From an uncultured Mycoplasmatota bacterium (GTDB taxonomy: Bacteria; Bacillota_I; Bacilli_A; RF39; UBA660), in assembly GCA_900549325.1 (NCBI GenBank), contig UROI01000001.1, forward strand, positions 34,213-98,212: a DNA stretch of 64,000 nt, written 5' to 3'. Under the pieces are notes generated by a model that saw only the letters and a program-made list of their open reading frames with translations, was not told the origin of the DNA and did no database searches. Position numbers and translations under genes: made by a program. The first letter of the stretch is position 1; every line of letters begins with the position of its first letter. Below are positions 50,333-61,941 of this stretch, one piece after another.

Positions 50333-52498
50333 ATGAATAATGAAATAATAAATGAAATTAGTGAAAATTTAAATATAAAAAAAGAGGGAATAGAGGCAGT
50401 ACTTAAATTACTTGAAGATGGTAATACGGTACCATTTATTGCCAGATATAGAAAAGAGGCTACAGGGGCCTTAGATGAAGAGCAAATTAGAAGTATTAAT
50501 GAGTATTATGAATATCAAGTTAATTTACTGAAAAGAAAAGAAGATGTTATTAGATTAATTGATGAAAAGGGCTTGCTTACAGAAGAACTTAGGGATAGTA
50601 TTATGAAGGCTTCTAAACTGGTTGAAGTTGAAGATATATATAGACCTTATAAAGAAAAAAAGAAAACTAAAGCTACAGAGGCTATTAAAAATGGTTTGGA
50701 ACCTTTGGCTAAGATTATTATGTCATTTAAGAAGGTGAATATTGAAAAAATAGCGGAGTCATATCTTAATGATAATGTTAAAAGTGTTGAAGAGGCAATT
50801 ACTGGGGCTAGTTATATTATTGCTGAATGGATTAGTGATAATGCTAGTTATCGTAAATATATTAGAAATAATATGAGTAATTATGGAGTAATTCATAGTA
50901 AACTCAAAAAAGGCGCTACTGATGAGAATAAAACTTACGAGATGTACTATAATTACGAAGAGAGAGTTAAATATATTAAACCTCATAGAGTATTAGCTTT
51001 AAATAGAGGCGAGAATGAAGGTATTTTATCTGTTAGTATATCAGTTGACGATGATTATATTATTTCGTTTTTAGAAAAAAAACTTGTTAAGGATGAGAAT
51101 GTAGAAAGTGCCGCTATTGTAAAATCTGCAATTAGAGATAGTTATAAGAGACTTATTATTCCAAGTATCGAAAGGGAAGTAAGAGCTGATTTAAAAGAAG
51201 TGGCAGAGGCTGCGGCGATTGAAGTATTTGGTGACAATTTGGAGAATTTAATTTTAACTCCTCCGATGAAAGATATAACAGTGCTTGGCTTTGATCCGGC
51301 ATATAGGACTGGATGTAAGCTTGCTGTTGTTAGTCCTACATCTAGTGTACTTAATATTTCAGTTATTTATCCACATGAGCCACATAATAAGTGGGAAGAG
51401 TCAAAAAAGGTTCTTAAGGATTTATTTAAAAAGTATGATATTGATGTTGTGTCTATTGGCAATGGTACTGCTTCAAGAGAAAGTGAAAAGTTAGTTGCGG
51501 AGGCTATTAGTGAATATAAGGATAAAGATGTTAAGTATGTTATAGTTAGTGAAGCTGGAGCAAGTGTTTATTCCGCTAGTGAACTTGCTATTAAAGAATT
51601 TCCTGATTTAACAGTCGAAAAGAGAAGTGCAATTAGTATAGCAAGGAGACTTCAGGATCCTTTATCTGAACTTGTTAAAATTGATAGTAAAAGTATTGGC
51701 GTAGGACAGTATCAACATGATGTAAATGAAAAGAAACTTGATGAATCTCTTGATTTTGTTGTTAGTAAATGTGTTAATAATGTTGGTGTTAATATTAATA
51801 CTGCAAGTACATCTATACTTAAGTATGTTTCGGGTTTAACTAAGACTTCAATAGATAAAATTATTGGTTATAGAGAAAAAAATGGTAGAATTAATTCTAG
51901 AGATGAACTTGTAAAAGGTAATGTGCTAACTCCTAAGGTTTATGAACAGTCAATAGGTTTTATGAGAGTTATTGATGGAAATAATATTATGGATGAAACA
52001 TCTATTCATCCTGAAAGTTACATGGCTGCAAGTAAGTTGCTTGAAGAGATTGGGTATACCGTTAAAGATGTTGGTAAAGTTGAATTGGTTAAGAAACTTG
52101 ATAGTATTAATCTTGAAGAGTATGCTCAAAGACTTGGTATTGATAAGTATACACTCGAAGATATTATTAAGTGCTTGAAGCAGCCTAATAGAGACTTTAG
52201 AGATGACTTTGAAAAACCAATATTAAAGAGTGACATTCTTAAAATAGAAGATTTAAAAGAGGGTATGGAGCTTTTTGGAACAGTTAGAAATGTAGTTGAC
52301 TTTGGTGCTTTTGTAGATATTGGTCTTCATGATGATGCACTTGTTCATATATCTAAACTTACTGATAAGTATATAAAACATCCTAGTGAAGTAGTTGCAG
52401 TTGGTGATATTGTTACTTGTTACGTAGAAAAGATAGATTTAACTAAAAATAGGGTTAGTTTATCATTAATTAATCCGAATAATAGTAAGAAAATGTAA
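50333..52498 (+). CDS. tex: Transcription accessory protein Tex (S1 RNA-binding domain protein)
   Basis: Tex N-terminal helix-turn-helix, YqgF/RNase H-like domain, tandem helix-hairpin-helix and C-terminal S1 domain. Confidence 0.9.
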   Translation: MNNEIINEISENLNIKKEGIEAVLKLLEDGNTVPFIARYRKEATGALDEEQIRSINEYYEYQVNLLKRKEDVIRLIDEKGLLTEELRDSIMKASKLVEVEDIYRPYKEKKKTKATEAIKNGLEPLAKIIMSFKKVNIEKIAESYLNDNVKSVEEAITGASYIIAEWISDNASYRKYIRNNMSNYGVIHSKLKKGATDENKTYEMYYNYEERVKYIKPHRVLALNRGENEGILSVSISVDDDYIISFLEKKLVKDENVESAAIVKSAIRDSYKRLIIPSIEREVRADLKEVAEAAAIEVFGDNLENLILTPPMKDITVLGFDPAYRTGCKLAVVSPTSSVLNISVIYPHEPHNKWEESKKVLKDLFKKYDIDVVSIGNGTASRESEKLVAEAISEYKDKDVKYVIVSEAGASVYSASELAIKEFPDLTVEKRSAISIARRLQDPLSELVKIDSKSIGVGQYQHDVNEKKLDESLDFVVSKCVNNVGVNINTASTSILKYVSGLTKTSIDKIIGYREKNGRINSRDELVKGNVLTPKVYEQSIGFMRVIDGNNIMDETSIHPESYMAASKLLEEIGYTVKDVGKVELVKKLDSINLEEYAQRLGIDKYTLEDIIKCLKQPNRDFRDDFEKPILKSDILKIEDLKEGMELFGTVRNVVDFGAFVDIGLHDDALVHISKLTDKYIKHPSEVVAVGDIVTCYVEKIDLTKNRVSLSLINPNNSKKM

Positions 52499-52536
52499 AA
52501 AAATATGCAAATTTTATAAAAAAATGCATAAAATAA

Positions 52537-52565
52537 TTGACAGATAGGCAATTTTATAGTATTAT
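52537..52565 (+). promoter_or_regulatory. Consensus sigma-A promoter for the tRNA-Gly gene
   Basis: TTGACA, 17 bp, TATTAT; ends 18 nt before the tRNA 5' end. Confidence 0.6.
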
Positions 52566-52582
52566 TATTATTGCCTACTGAT

Positions 52583-52656
52583 GCAGATGTAGTTTAATGG
52601 TAGAACCTCAGCCTTCCAAGCTGACTGCGTGAGTTCGATTCTCATCATCTGCTCCA
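52583..52656 (+). tRNA. tRNA-Gly (anticodon UCC)
   Basis: 74-nt cloverleaf: acceptor stem GCAGATG/CATCTGC, D-arm, anticodon stem TCAGC/GCTGA with loop CTTCCAA (anticodon TCC), T-arm GTGAG TTCGATT CTCAT, encoded CCA. Confidence 0.85.
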
Positions 52657-52700
52657 GATTGATAGGAAACTCGGAAATTAACTTCTGAGAGTAATAAATG

Positions 52701-52725
52701 CTAACTAGAAATAGTTAGTTTTTTT
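52701..52725 (+). terminator. Rho-independent terminator after the tRNA-Gly gene
   Basis: CTAACT agaaat AGTTAG followed by TTTTTTT. Confidence 0.65.
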
Positions 52726-52747
52726 GTTATGTAAAGGAGTTGATTAT

Positions 52748-53020
52748 ATGTTAAATATAGAAACAAAAGAATTAAAAATAAGTGATAAATTAAAAAGAAA
52801 AATTGATATAATTGGTAGATTTACAAATACTACTCCAATTATAAATAATGGTTCAATTAAAAATATAACGGGGACAAATGTTGCTTATGTTATGCCACAT
52901 ATTATAGTTATTAAGAATAATAAATACCTAATGTTTGATGAATGTGATAATGTTTATGTAAATACATTTAAAAACAAAATAGTATTTAAAGATTTAGAAG
53001 ATTATATAAATAGTCATTAA
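52748..53020 (+). CDS. Hypothetical protein (90 aa)
   Basis: ATG 52748 preceded by AAAGGAG; no recognisable domain. Confidence 0.35.
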   Translation: MLNIETKELKISDKLKRKIDIIGRFTNTTPIINNGSIKNITGTNVAYVMPHIIVIKNNKYLMFDECDNVYVNTFKNKIVFKDLEDYINSH

Positions 53021-53033
53021 AAATCTTTTTAAA

Positions 53034-55063
<2,030 letters not shown>

Positions 55064-55297
55064 TACTTGTTTTTTAATATAAATATTTATACTAATTTAT
55101 ATTATTATTTATATTCTTGTTATATTAATTCTTTATATTATATTATTATATTATGTTAGACAAAAAATATAAATCTTATTCAAAATAAAAAGACTAGTTA
55201 TATTTCAAACTAATCTCACAAATAAATTGTAATTTGTCTTTTACAATAATAGCATAAAAAAGAAAAGTAGTTATTGTTAATCAACTATTGCATTTTT

Positions 55298-55864
55298 CTA
55301 ATTCTCATAAATACTTTTAAATCTTTCTCTGTCTACATTCTCTTGATTATTAATATAGTCCAAGTATTTTTCTTTATTTTCTTCTGTATATGGAGTATCA
55401 GAATATAAATCTTGTAATAATATTGTTCCGTTTGGCTGTCCAATACCCACAAATATATAATTTTCACCTATCTTTGGTAATTCCTCATCCGTTATATAAT
55501 CACCTTTATGCAATATAAGAGTTCCATCTTTATCATATCCACCAGGATAAGTTACTTTAATTATATTTTGTAGATCACCCTTCAAATTTTCTGTTACCTC
55601 GATTTCATATATAGTTCTAGCTGAGCCATAATCTGAGAATGTCCTTTCAATTTCCTTATCTACCTTTCCTATAAACACATAATCAGCAAATCCAACTTGA
55701 TAATATGGATTTGTTTCTTCATTCACAAGTACTGTATCATAATTTAATTTGCCATTTGGCTTATAATTTGAATTTCTATTGTTAAAGTACCAAATTACAC
55801 CACAAATCATAGCAATTATAAAGATAACTAAAATAGATAAAATAATAATTTTTTTCTTTTTCAT
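55298..55864 (-). CDS. Membrane-anchored or secreted protein of unknown function
   Basis: 188 aa with an N-terminal signal anchor (MKKKKIIILSILVIFIIAMICGV). Confidence 0.4.
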   Translation of the reverse strand: MKKKKIIILSILVIFIIAMICGVIWYFNNRNSNYKPNGKLNYDTVLVNEETNPYYQVGFADYVFIGKVDKEIERTFSDYGSARTIYEIEVTENLKGDLQNIIKVTYPGGYDKDGTLILHKGDYITDEELPKIGENYIFVGIGQPNGTILLQDLYSDTPYTEENKEKYLDYINNQENVDRERFKSIYEN

Positions 55865-56033
55865 AACAATACCTCCTTTATTTTGTTCTTATTTTAATAA
55901 AAATAAGCTTTAATTCTACTAATAATCAACTACATAGTAACATATTTTAAAAAAGTTACAACTTTTGTTCAAAAAATGATTATCGGCAAATTACTATTTA
56001 TTTAACAAATCACTAAATTGTAATTTGTAATTA

Positions 56034-56597
56034 TTATTCTGATGGGCAATTATAATTTGTATTTTTAAATGTTGGAATTACCGTTATTACATCATCGCTA
56101 ACACAATAATAAGTATCAATTAAAATACCTTTGTCTACATAACTATCACTATCATTAGCATCTTCAATTCTCCAACTTATTATTGGGCTATTTTTAAATA
56201 CTATTGCTTGAATTGTGTCTAATATTACAATTGACAAAATAGTAATAACTATTGTTAATAATATTATTATAAACTTATTCTTTTTTACCTTTTTTATTTC
56301 TTTTGCAGAATAATCAAGTGTATCAATTAAAGTTTCCTCACTTTTTGAATCGATTTCTTCTTTAGTAAATCTCTCACCATTTAATATTTCCGTAACCGAG
56401 ACTTCTAAAATGTGACTTAATGGTTTTAACAATGACAAATCCATTAAGCCCAATCCTCTTTCCCACTTGCTTACAGCATTTTTGGTTATCCCTAATTTTT
56501 CTGCTAACTGTTCTTGAGTTAATTTTTTTTGCTTTCTTAATTTAGCAATAAATTTTCCTATTTTTTCTTGATTCATTTTATCACCATCCAAGAACAA
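56034..56597 (-). CDS. XRE-family helix-turn-helix regulator with a C-terminal transmembrane segment and small extracytoplasmic domain
   Basis: Cro/C1-type HTH (LTQEQLAEKLGITKNAVSKWERG), then a hydrophobic helix (FIIILLTIVITILSIVIL); probable start at the internal Met (MNQEKIGKF). Confidence 0.7.
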   Translation of the reverse strand: MFLDGDKMNQEKIGKFIAKLRKQKKLTQEQLAEKLGITKNAVSKWERGLGLMDLSLLKPLSHILEVSVTEILNGERFTKEEIDSKSEETLIDTLDYSAKEIKKVKKNKFIIILLTIVITILSIVILDTIQAIVFKNSPIISWRIEDANDSDSYVDKGILIDTYYCVSDDVITVIPTFKNTNYNCPSE

Positions 56598-57164
56598 TAT
56601 ATCAATTTTTTATCTAATATTAAACATACTATTAGTTCACTTTCAAATTACTATTTATCTGTCGTTCTATATATAATTGTACCATAATTTCAACATATTT
56701 TGAAACTAAATTTAAACATCCAAGATTTATCCAACATTTCCAGTATATATCCAACAGTTGGAAGTAAAATAAAACCTCGCAAACCTTTTAATTAATTGAT
56801 TTAAATAAAAAGTATGGTAGAATTCTTCCATATTTTTAACACAATTTTGCAAGTGCAAAATAAGAAATGATAGCACAACTATTCCTATATTTATATAGAA
56901 TGAATTAGGGCAGTGCTATCATTCCCTTTATCCTGCTTAATAATTATTAGTAATTTTTTATTAAATTTTAGTATTTTCATGGTATACTTATATTAGTTAG
57001 TAGTTTATTACTACCTATAATTTAGATAATTAGAGGTTGTCCGACTTCAACCTTTATGGCTTCAATTGTGGTTTTTAAGAACTTGATTTATATTGAGTTC
57101 TTTTTGTTTTTACATTATAAATATAAATAAAAAACTCTTTCTAATTATTACTATAATTATGAAA

Positions 57165-57192
57165 TATAAAAACGGGCAATTACCCGTTTTAT
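57165..57192 (-). terminator. Bidirectional Rho-independent terminator after the Fic operon
   Basis: AAACGGGCAATTACCCGTTT hairpin flanked by A- and T-runs. Confidence 0.55.
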
Positions 57193-57345
57193 TTAAGTAC
57201 TATTTATTAATATCTTCTGTTTCAATACTAGTTTCATTTTGATATTGTTCTAATAAAGATATTAATTTTTCTTGTTTTTCTAATATTTCTAATTTTAAAG
57301 TCTTAATTGTTTCTTTTGATTCAGTAATTAAATTTTCGCTCATTT

Positions 57346-58071
57346 TTATTTCACTCTTTTTTCAATCGTAGTTAATGTTTTTATTCGTTGTTCCAAATTA
57401 CTTATTTTAATATTTAGACTTTCTCTTGTTTCAACTAGACTGGCTAATTGTCCTTTTAAATATTCAAGATTTTCTTTAGTTTCACTAGTTGATTGTATAT
57501 TTTTTTGATATGCTTCAACATATGTTCTAGAATATGGTAGTGCTTTATTAAGACTTTTTATACCTGATTGTAATGTCCATTTAATGAAATCAATAACTTT
57601 AATATCAATTTTAGATATGTCTTGATTTCCTTGGAATGAATTTACAATTGTCTTTTTAAATTCATTCCAAACATTAAAATCTGAGTACCCAAATAGTTCA
57701 TCGTAGTTTATAAATCTTCTTTGTTTTTCGTCAGTACATATTAGATAAATGCCTGGAATATTATAATTTTCTCCTAATTTTTTTGAAATGTCTTCCATTT
57801 TCTTTAAGTCAATTTTTTTATCAAATAATGCATCTATGTATAGTGGTTTGTTAAGATATTTGTATTCTAATATTGAAATTAAGGCTTTTATTTGATGAAT
57901 TGTTCCAACATGATAGCCTTTCAAAAATGTAATAGGGTCATTGTTATAGTAAGTTAATAGATGTTCGACTGTAAAGATGTTTTTCTTTCTTAATAGTCCA
58001 TTATAAAGAGCATGAGAATTATAGTATTCAGAATCTGTAATTAACAAATTTATTAAGTCTTTATTTTCCAT
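57346..58071 (-). CDS. Hypothetical protein, co-operonic with the Fic protein (coiled-coil C-terminus)
   Basis: 241 aa; starts 4 nt after the Fic stop; C-terminal 50 aa have a heptad-like L/I/E pattern. Confidence 0.4.
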   Translation of the reverse strand: MENKDLINLLITDSEYYNSHALYNGLLRKKNIFTVEHLLTYYNNDPITFLKGYHVGTIHQIKALISILEYKYLNKPLYIDALFDKKIDLKKMEDISKKLGENYNIPGIYLICTDEKQRRFINYDELFGYSDFNVWNEFKKTIVNSFQGNQDISKIDIKVIDFIKWTLQSGIKSLNKALPYSRTYVEAYQKNIQSTSETKENLEYLKGQLASLVETRESLNIKISNLEQRIKTLTTIEKRVK

Positions 58072-58075
58072 ATAT

Positions 58076-58984
58076 TTAATCTCCTAAATTAGTTGTATTT
58101 TTTAACTTTAATTCTTTTAGTTTTTTCTTTTCATTATCTTGTTTTCTAATTCTATCATTAATATCTAGTTCTATTATAGAATCGCAAACTTTATATCTAT
58201 AAAATCCTTTGATATAATTATAATTTTCTTCGTTGTTTGCTTTATTCATGGCTAAATGATACTCAGTTCTTTCGTTTGCTTTTATATATATTGGCGGTAA
58301 GCCAACATCTTCGAATAATTTATTAATAAACCCTCTTATCGTTCTTCCGTTACCATCACCAAAAGGATGGACTTTAATTAATTTACAACCAATTACTACA
58401 CAATTGTCTAGGTATTCAAGTAATCTATCAGTTGAAAAGTTTTCATTTATTTCTTGCGCATCTTTTAATAGTTTTTGTATTTCTATATCTAGTTTATTTA
58501 ATTCAGGTCGTATCATAGACCATTCTGCTAGTTCTGTACCTGTTCCAGGAAGGTATACATCAAATCTTCTAAAGTCACCAGCGTATTCTGGATGTTCTGT
58601 AAATGAAAACAATTTTGCATTTAGATCTTTAAGCGTATACACATCAAATAAATAGTTTATATCTTCGGAGTGTATATACTCATACATAGCTCTAAGCCCA
58701 TTAATTTCTATACTATCATGAGTACCTTCAAGTTCACTTTCGTTATTAATATATTTTGTTATAAATGCTTTCTTCATTTTGTCAAATTCAATTTTATTTG
58801 GCGCTAAACTATAATACATTTTAATTAGATTTGTTGGAGTTTCGGCCTTTTCTTCATATAACTTGTTAACTTTTTTTCTATATTTATATCCTAAAAATGA
58901 TTCTTGTATTATAAAGTTTATATCAATTCCTTCCTTGTATAAATTTTCTATTAACTTAGCTTTTTCTTCACTCATTTTTGTCAC
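58076..58984 (-). CDS. Fic/DOC-family protein (putative AMPylator)
   Basis: Canonical Fic motif HPFGDGNGRTIRG (family consensus HxFx(D/E)GNGRxxR). Confidence 0.8.
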   Translation of the reverse strand: MTKMSEEKAKLIENLYKEGIDINFIIQESFLGYKYRKKVNKLYEEKAETPTNLIKMYYSLAPNKIEFDKMKKAFITKYINNESELEGTHDSIEINGLRAMYEYIHSEDINYLFDVYTLKDLNAKLFSFTEHPEYAGDFRRFDVYLPGTGTELAEWSMIRPELNKLDIEIQKLLKDAQEINENFSTDRLLEYLDNCVVIGCKLIKVHPFGDGNGRTIRGFINKLFEDVGLPPIYIKANERTEYHLAMNKANNEENYNYIKGFYRYKVCDSIIELDINDRIRKQDNEKKKLKELKLKNTTNLGD

Positions 58985-59072
58985 CTCTCAAAAATCGGTA
59001 GTATTATAGCACAAGATTTTAATAAATGCAAATATGTATTTATTTTTTTGTTTGTGTAAAGATTAATACTGG

Positions 59073-60002
59073 GTGATTAAATGTATGTTAGTTAGACTTG
59101 GATATGTTGCTATTAGTACTGCTTTAAATGTTACGAGTTCTACACCTTATACGTATAGTGAATATTTAAATAAACATAATATAGATAAACTTGATAATGT
59201 CATTAGGTCTAATTTGTTAGCATTAGAAGAAATATTAAAATATAATGTTAAAAATAATATTCATTTTTACCGAATGTCCTCTAAAATAATTCCACTTGCT
59301 ACTAAAGATGATGTTAAATTTAATTATACTACTAAGTATAAGGAATATTATGATAGAATTAGTAAAATTATTAAAGATAACAATTTAAGGGTTGATTTTC
59401 ATCCAGATCAATTTTGTGTACTAAATAGTACTAATAATGATGTTGTTAAAAATTCTATTAAAATTTTAGAGTATCATTATTATTTGTTAAATATGATGAT
59501 GGTAAAAGATAAAGTTTTAATATTACATGTAGGTAGTAATGTATTTGGAAAAGATAACTCTATTAAGAGGTTTATTAATAACTTTAATAAGTTACCTGAA
59601 TATTTAAAAAAATGTATTGTTATTGAAAACGATGATAAAATATTTAATGTTAATGATGTTTTAAAAATATCTGAAGTTATTAATGTTCCTGTTGTTCTTG
59701 ATTACCATCATTATAACTGTAATAAAAGTACTATTGATATTGAAAAGATATTTAATACTTGGAATATTACTCCTAAAATTCATTTTTCTTCACCTAAAAA
59801 TAAAAAAGAATTTAGGAGTCATAACGATTATATAAATAGTGATGATTTTATAAATTTTATTGAGTCTATTAAAAAGTATAATACAGATGTTGATATTATG
59901 TTAGAGGCTAAAATGAAAGATGATGCGTTATTTAGACTTGTTAGAGAACTTAAATACAAAACAAACTATAGATTTATTGACGATACTAGTTTTGAAGTAT
60001 AA
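59073..60002 (+). CDS. uvdE: UV-damage endonuclease (UvdE/UVDE family)
   Basis: TIM-barrel UvdE family features (LGYVAIS N-terminus, FHPDQF, H-rich motifs). Confidence 0.75.
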   Translation: MIKCMLVRLGYVAISTALNVTSSTPYTYSEYLNKHNIDKLDNVIRSNLLALEEILKYNVKNNIHFYRMSSKIIPLATKDDVKFNYTTKYKEYYDRISKIIKDNNLRVDFHPDQFCVLNSTNNDVVKNSIKILEYHYYLLNMMMVKDKVLILHVGSNVFGKDNSIKRFINNFNKLPEYLKKCIVIENDDKIFNVNDVLKISEVINVPVVLDYHHYNCNKSTIDIEKIFNTWNITPKIHFSSPKNKKEFRSHNDYINSDDFINFIESIKKYNTDVDIMLEAKMKDDALFRLVRELKYKTNYRFIDDTSFEV

Positions 60003-60027
60003 AAAAATGTAACTATTATGCTACATT

Positions 60028-60894
60028 TTATATTACTATATTTATTATTTCTAAAATTAATCCTGATATTACTCCAAGTGAATATAATAGAAATACTATG
60101 AATATATTTTCTTTTATATTTTTGTTTTCTTTAAATAGTACTATTATGGCAGTTCCGCTACCAGTTAATAATCCTGCTATTAGAGATGGCAAACTTATGG
60201 CATTATTAAGATATAATTGTGTTAATATTACACTTGCACCACAATTTGGAATTAATCCTATAAGGCTGGTTATGAATGAGCCAAGTATAGAATTCTTTAG
60301 TAAAATTTTTGATAAATAATCTTGTCCAACATAGTTAAATATTATATTTATTATAAGTGATGTTATAAATAAAAATATTATTATATTTAGTGTATGCTTG
60401 ATTGCTGATAGTAGTATTCCTTTTTCGCAATGACAATGGTCTTTATCACATATTTCATAATTTGTTTTTTCTTGTTTTGTATTTTTCTTTCTTAAAACTA
60501 AATCTATCAACATACCATATATCATACCAAATAATATTTTTATTAGTATTATTTGTAATATAATTTTAATATCTGCTTTTTCTGATATAAGTATAGGAAG
60601 CATTTCGTCACTAGTAGATAAGTATATTGAAAATAATGTTCCTAAAGATATTATTCTTGTTACATATAAATTTGTTCCCATTACTGAAAAGCCACATTGC
60701 GGTATAACTCCTACAATGGCTCCTAATATTGGACCAATTTTTTTCGATTTTGTTATTATGTTTTTGTTTTTGACTGTTAATTTATGTTCTAAGACTTCAA
60801 TTAATAAAAAAGCAATAAAAAGAAATGGTATTAATTTCAATGCATCTATTGTAGTATCAATTAGTATATCTATCATAATATTATTCCTCCGCAT
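60028..60894 (-). CDS. Polytopic membrane permease with an internal two-fold repeat and a Cys/His cluster
   Basis: Two homologous halves (IGPILGAIVGVIPQCGFSV and LIGLIPNCGASV) separated by a cytoplasmic CDKDHCHCEKG motif; reminiscent of DUF318/ArsP-type permeases. Confidence 0.4.
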   Translation of the reverse strand: MRRNNIMIDILIDTTIDALKLIPFLFIAFLLIEVLEHKLTVKNKNIITKSKKIGPILGAIVGVIPQCGFSVMGTNLYVTRIISLGTLFSIYLSTSDEMLPILISEKADIKIILQIILIKILFGMIYGMLIDLVLRKKNTKQEKTNYEICDKDHCHCEKGILLSAIKHTLNIIIFLFITSLIINIIFNYVGQDYLSKILLKNSILGSFITSLIGLIPNCGASVILTQLYLNNAISLPSLIAGLLTGSGTAIIVLFKENKNIKENIFIVFLLYSLGVISGLILEIINIVI

Positions 60895-60928
60895 AAAGAT
60901 TATATCATTTAAATTTTATTAGAGCAAG

Positions 60929-61852
60929 TTAAAACTCATATATTTTTCTTTGTCTTATCATTGATTTTGGCAATTCTTTTATTAAATCTTTATTTATTTT
61001 TAAATACTCTGATAGATAGTTTAAAATAATATTATAAATGACAATTTCTTTTTGGCTATTATTGAATATTGGAATCTCTTCGTTTGCTAATATTTTAAAT
61101 AAATATTCAATTTCATTTTTTTTCTCGTTCATCATTAATAGTTTACATTTTTTTATAATTTCTGTTATCATTTCAAGGTATTTATCATAATCAACTATGT
61201 TTGAATAATGTACTAAAGATTCATTAAATATGTTTTTTACATACTCATATAAATATAGGTATGTTTCACTTGGCATATTTATTATTTTATTATCACTGAT
61301 GCTAACTATTTTGGGTAGATCTTCACTATCGTATGGGTTATGTGGGGCTATATTGATGCTTTGATAGTTATCAATACAATTGATGTTGAATAAAAGAAGG
61401 GTATTTACGCTCCAATCTTTAAATGTTTGTATTTTCCCTGAAAAATTTATTTTATAATAGTTAACATATATGCCATCATATTCTTTTGATAGTTCTTCAT
61501 AATCAAAAATTTTATTATTTTCATTTGCTTGCTCGTATAGTCCTAATATATGGTGATATGATGGATATTTTTTTGATAGTTCATTAATTTGCTCACATGA
61601 ATCTATTGTCAATATCTTAGCAGTATCTTTGAGAGAAAAAATAGCGGCTTCTTTAATGTTTTTGATTGCCTGTAAGTATGAACCTTCATAGATCATGTAT
61701 TCATACCAATCACTAATCATATATTTATTAAAGGTTGATGCCCAAAGTCCGCCTGTTGGTTTAAAAGAATAATTGTTTAATGGTCTTAGTATGTTTCTAA
61801 AAACATTACTAGATATTGTTTTTGTACCTATTGTTACATATTGTTTTTTCAT
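60929..61852 (-). CDS. Hypothetical cytoplasmic protein
   Basis: 307-aa ORF, no recognisable motif. Confidence 0.35.
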   Translation of the reverse strand: MKKQYVTIGTKTISSNVFRNILRPLNNYSFKPTGGLWASTFNKYMISDWYEYMIYEGSYLQAIKNIKEAAIFSLKDTAKILTIDSCEQINELSKKYPSYHHILGLYEQANENNKIFDYEELSKEYDGIYVNYYKINFSGKIQTFKDWSVNTLLLFNINCIDNYQSINIAPHNPYDSEDLPKIVSISDNKIINMPSETYLYLYEYVKNIFNESLVHYSNIVDYDKYLEMITEIIKKCKLLMMNEKKNEIEYLFKILANEEIPIFNNSQKEIVIYNIILNYLSEYLKINKDLIKELPKSMIRQRKIYEF

Positions 61853-61941
61853 GTTTTTACTCCTTGCATTTATATATGATACTTTAAATATATTATTATG
61901 TCAATATTGTAATTTTTAACATTTAATGGTATCATATTGTT

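Noticed and set aside
57200-57344. Coiled-coil 47-aa small ORF downstream of the Fic-associated gene, from my first reading
   Set aside because: On careful re-translation the frame gives only a ~38-aa basic peptide (MSENLITESKETIKTFKIRNIRK...) ending at TGA. It is kept only as a low-confidence possibility within the Fic finding.
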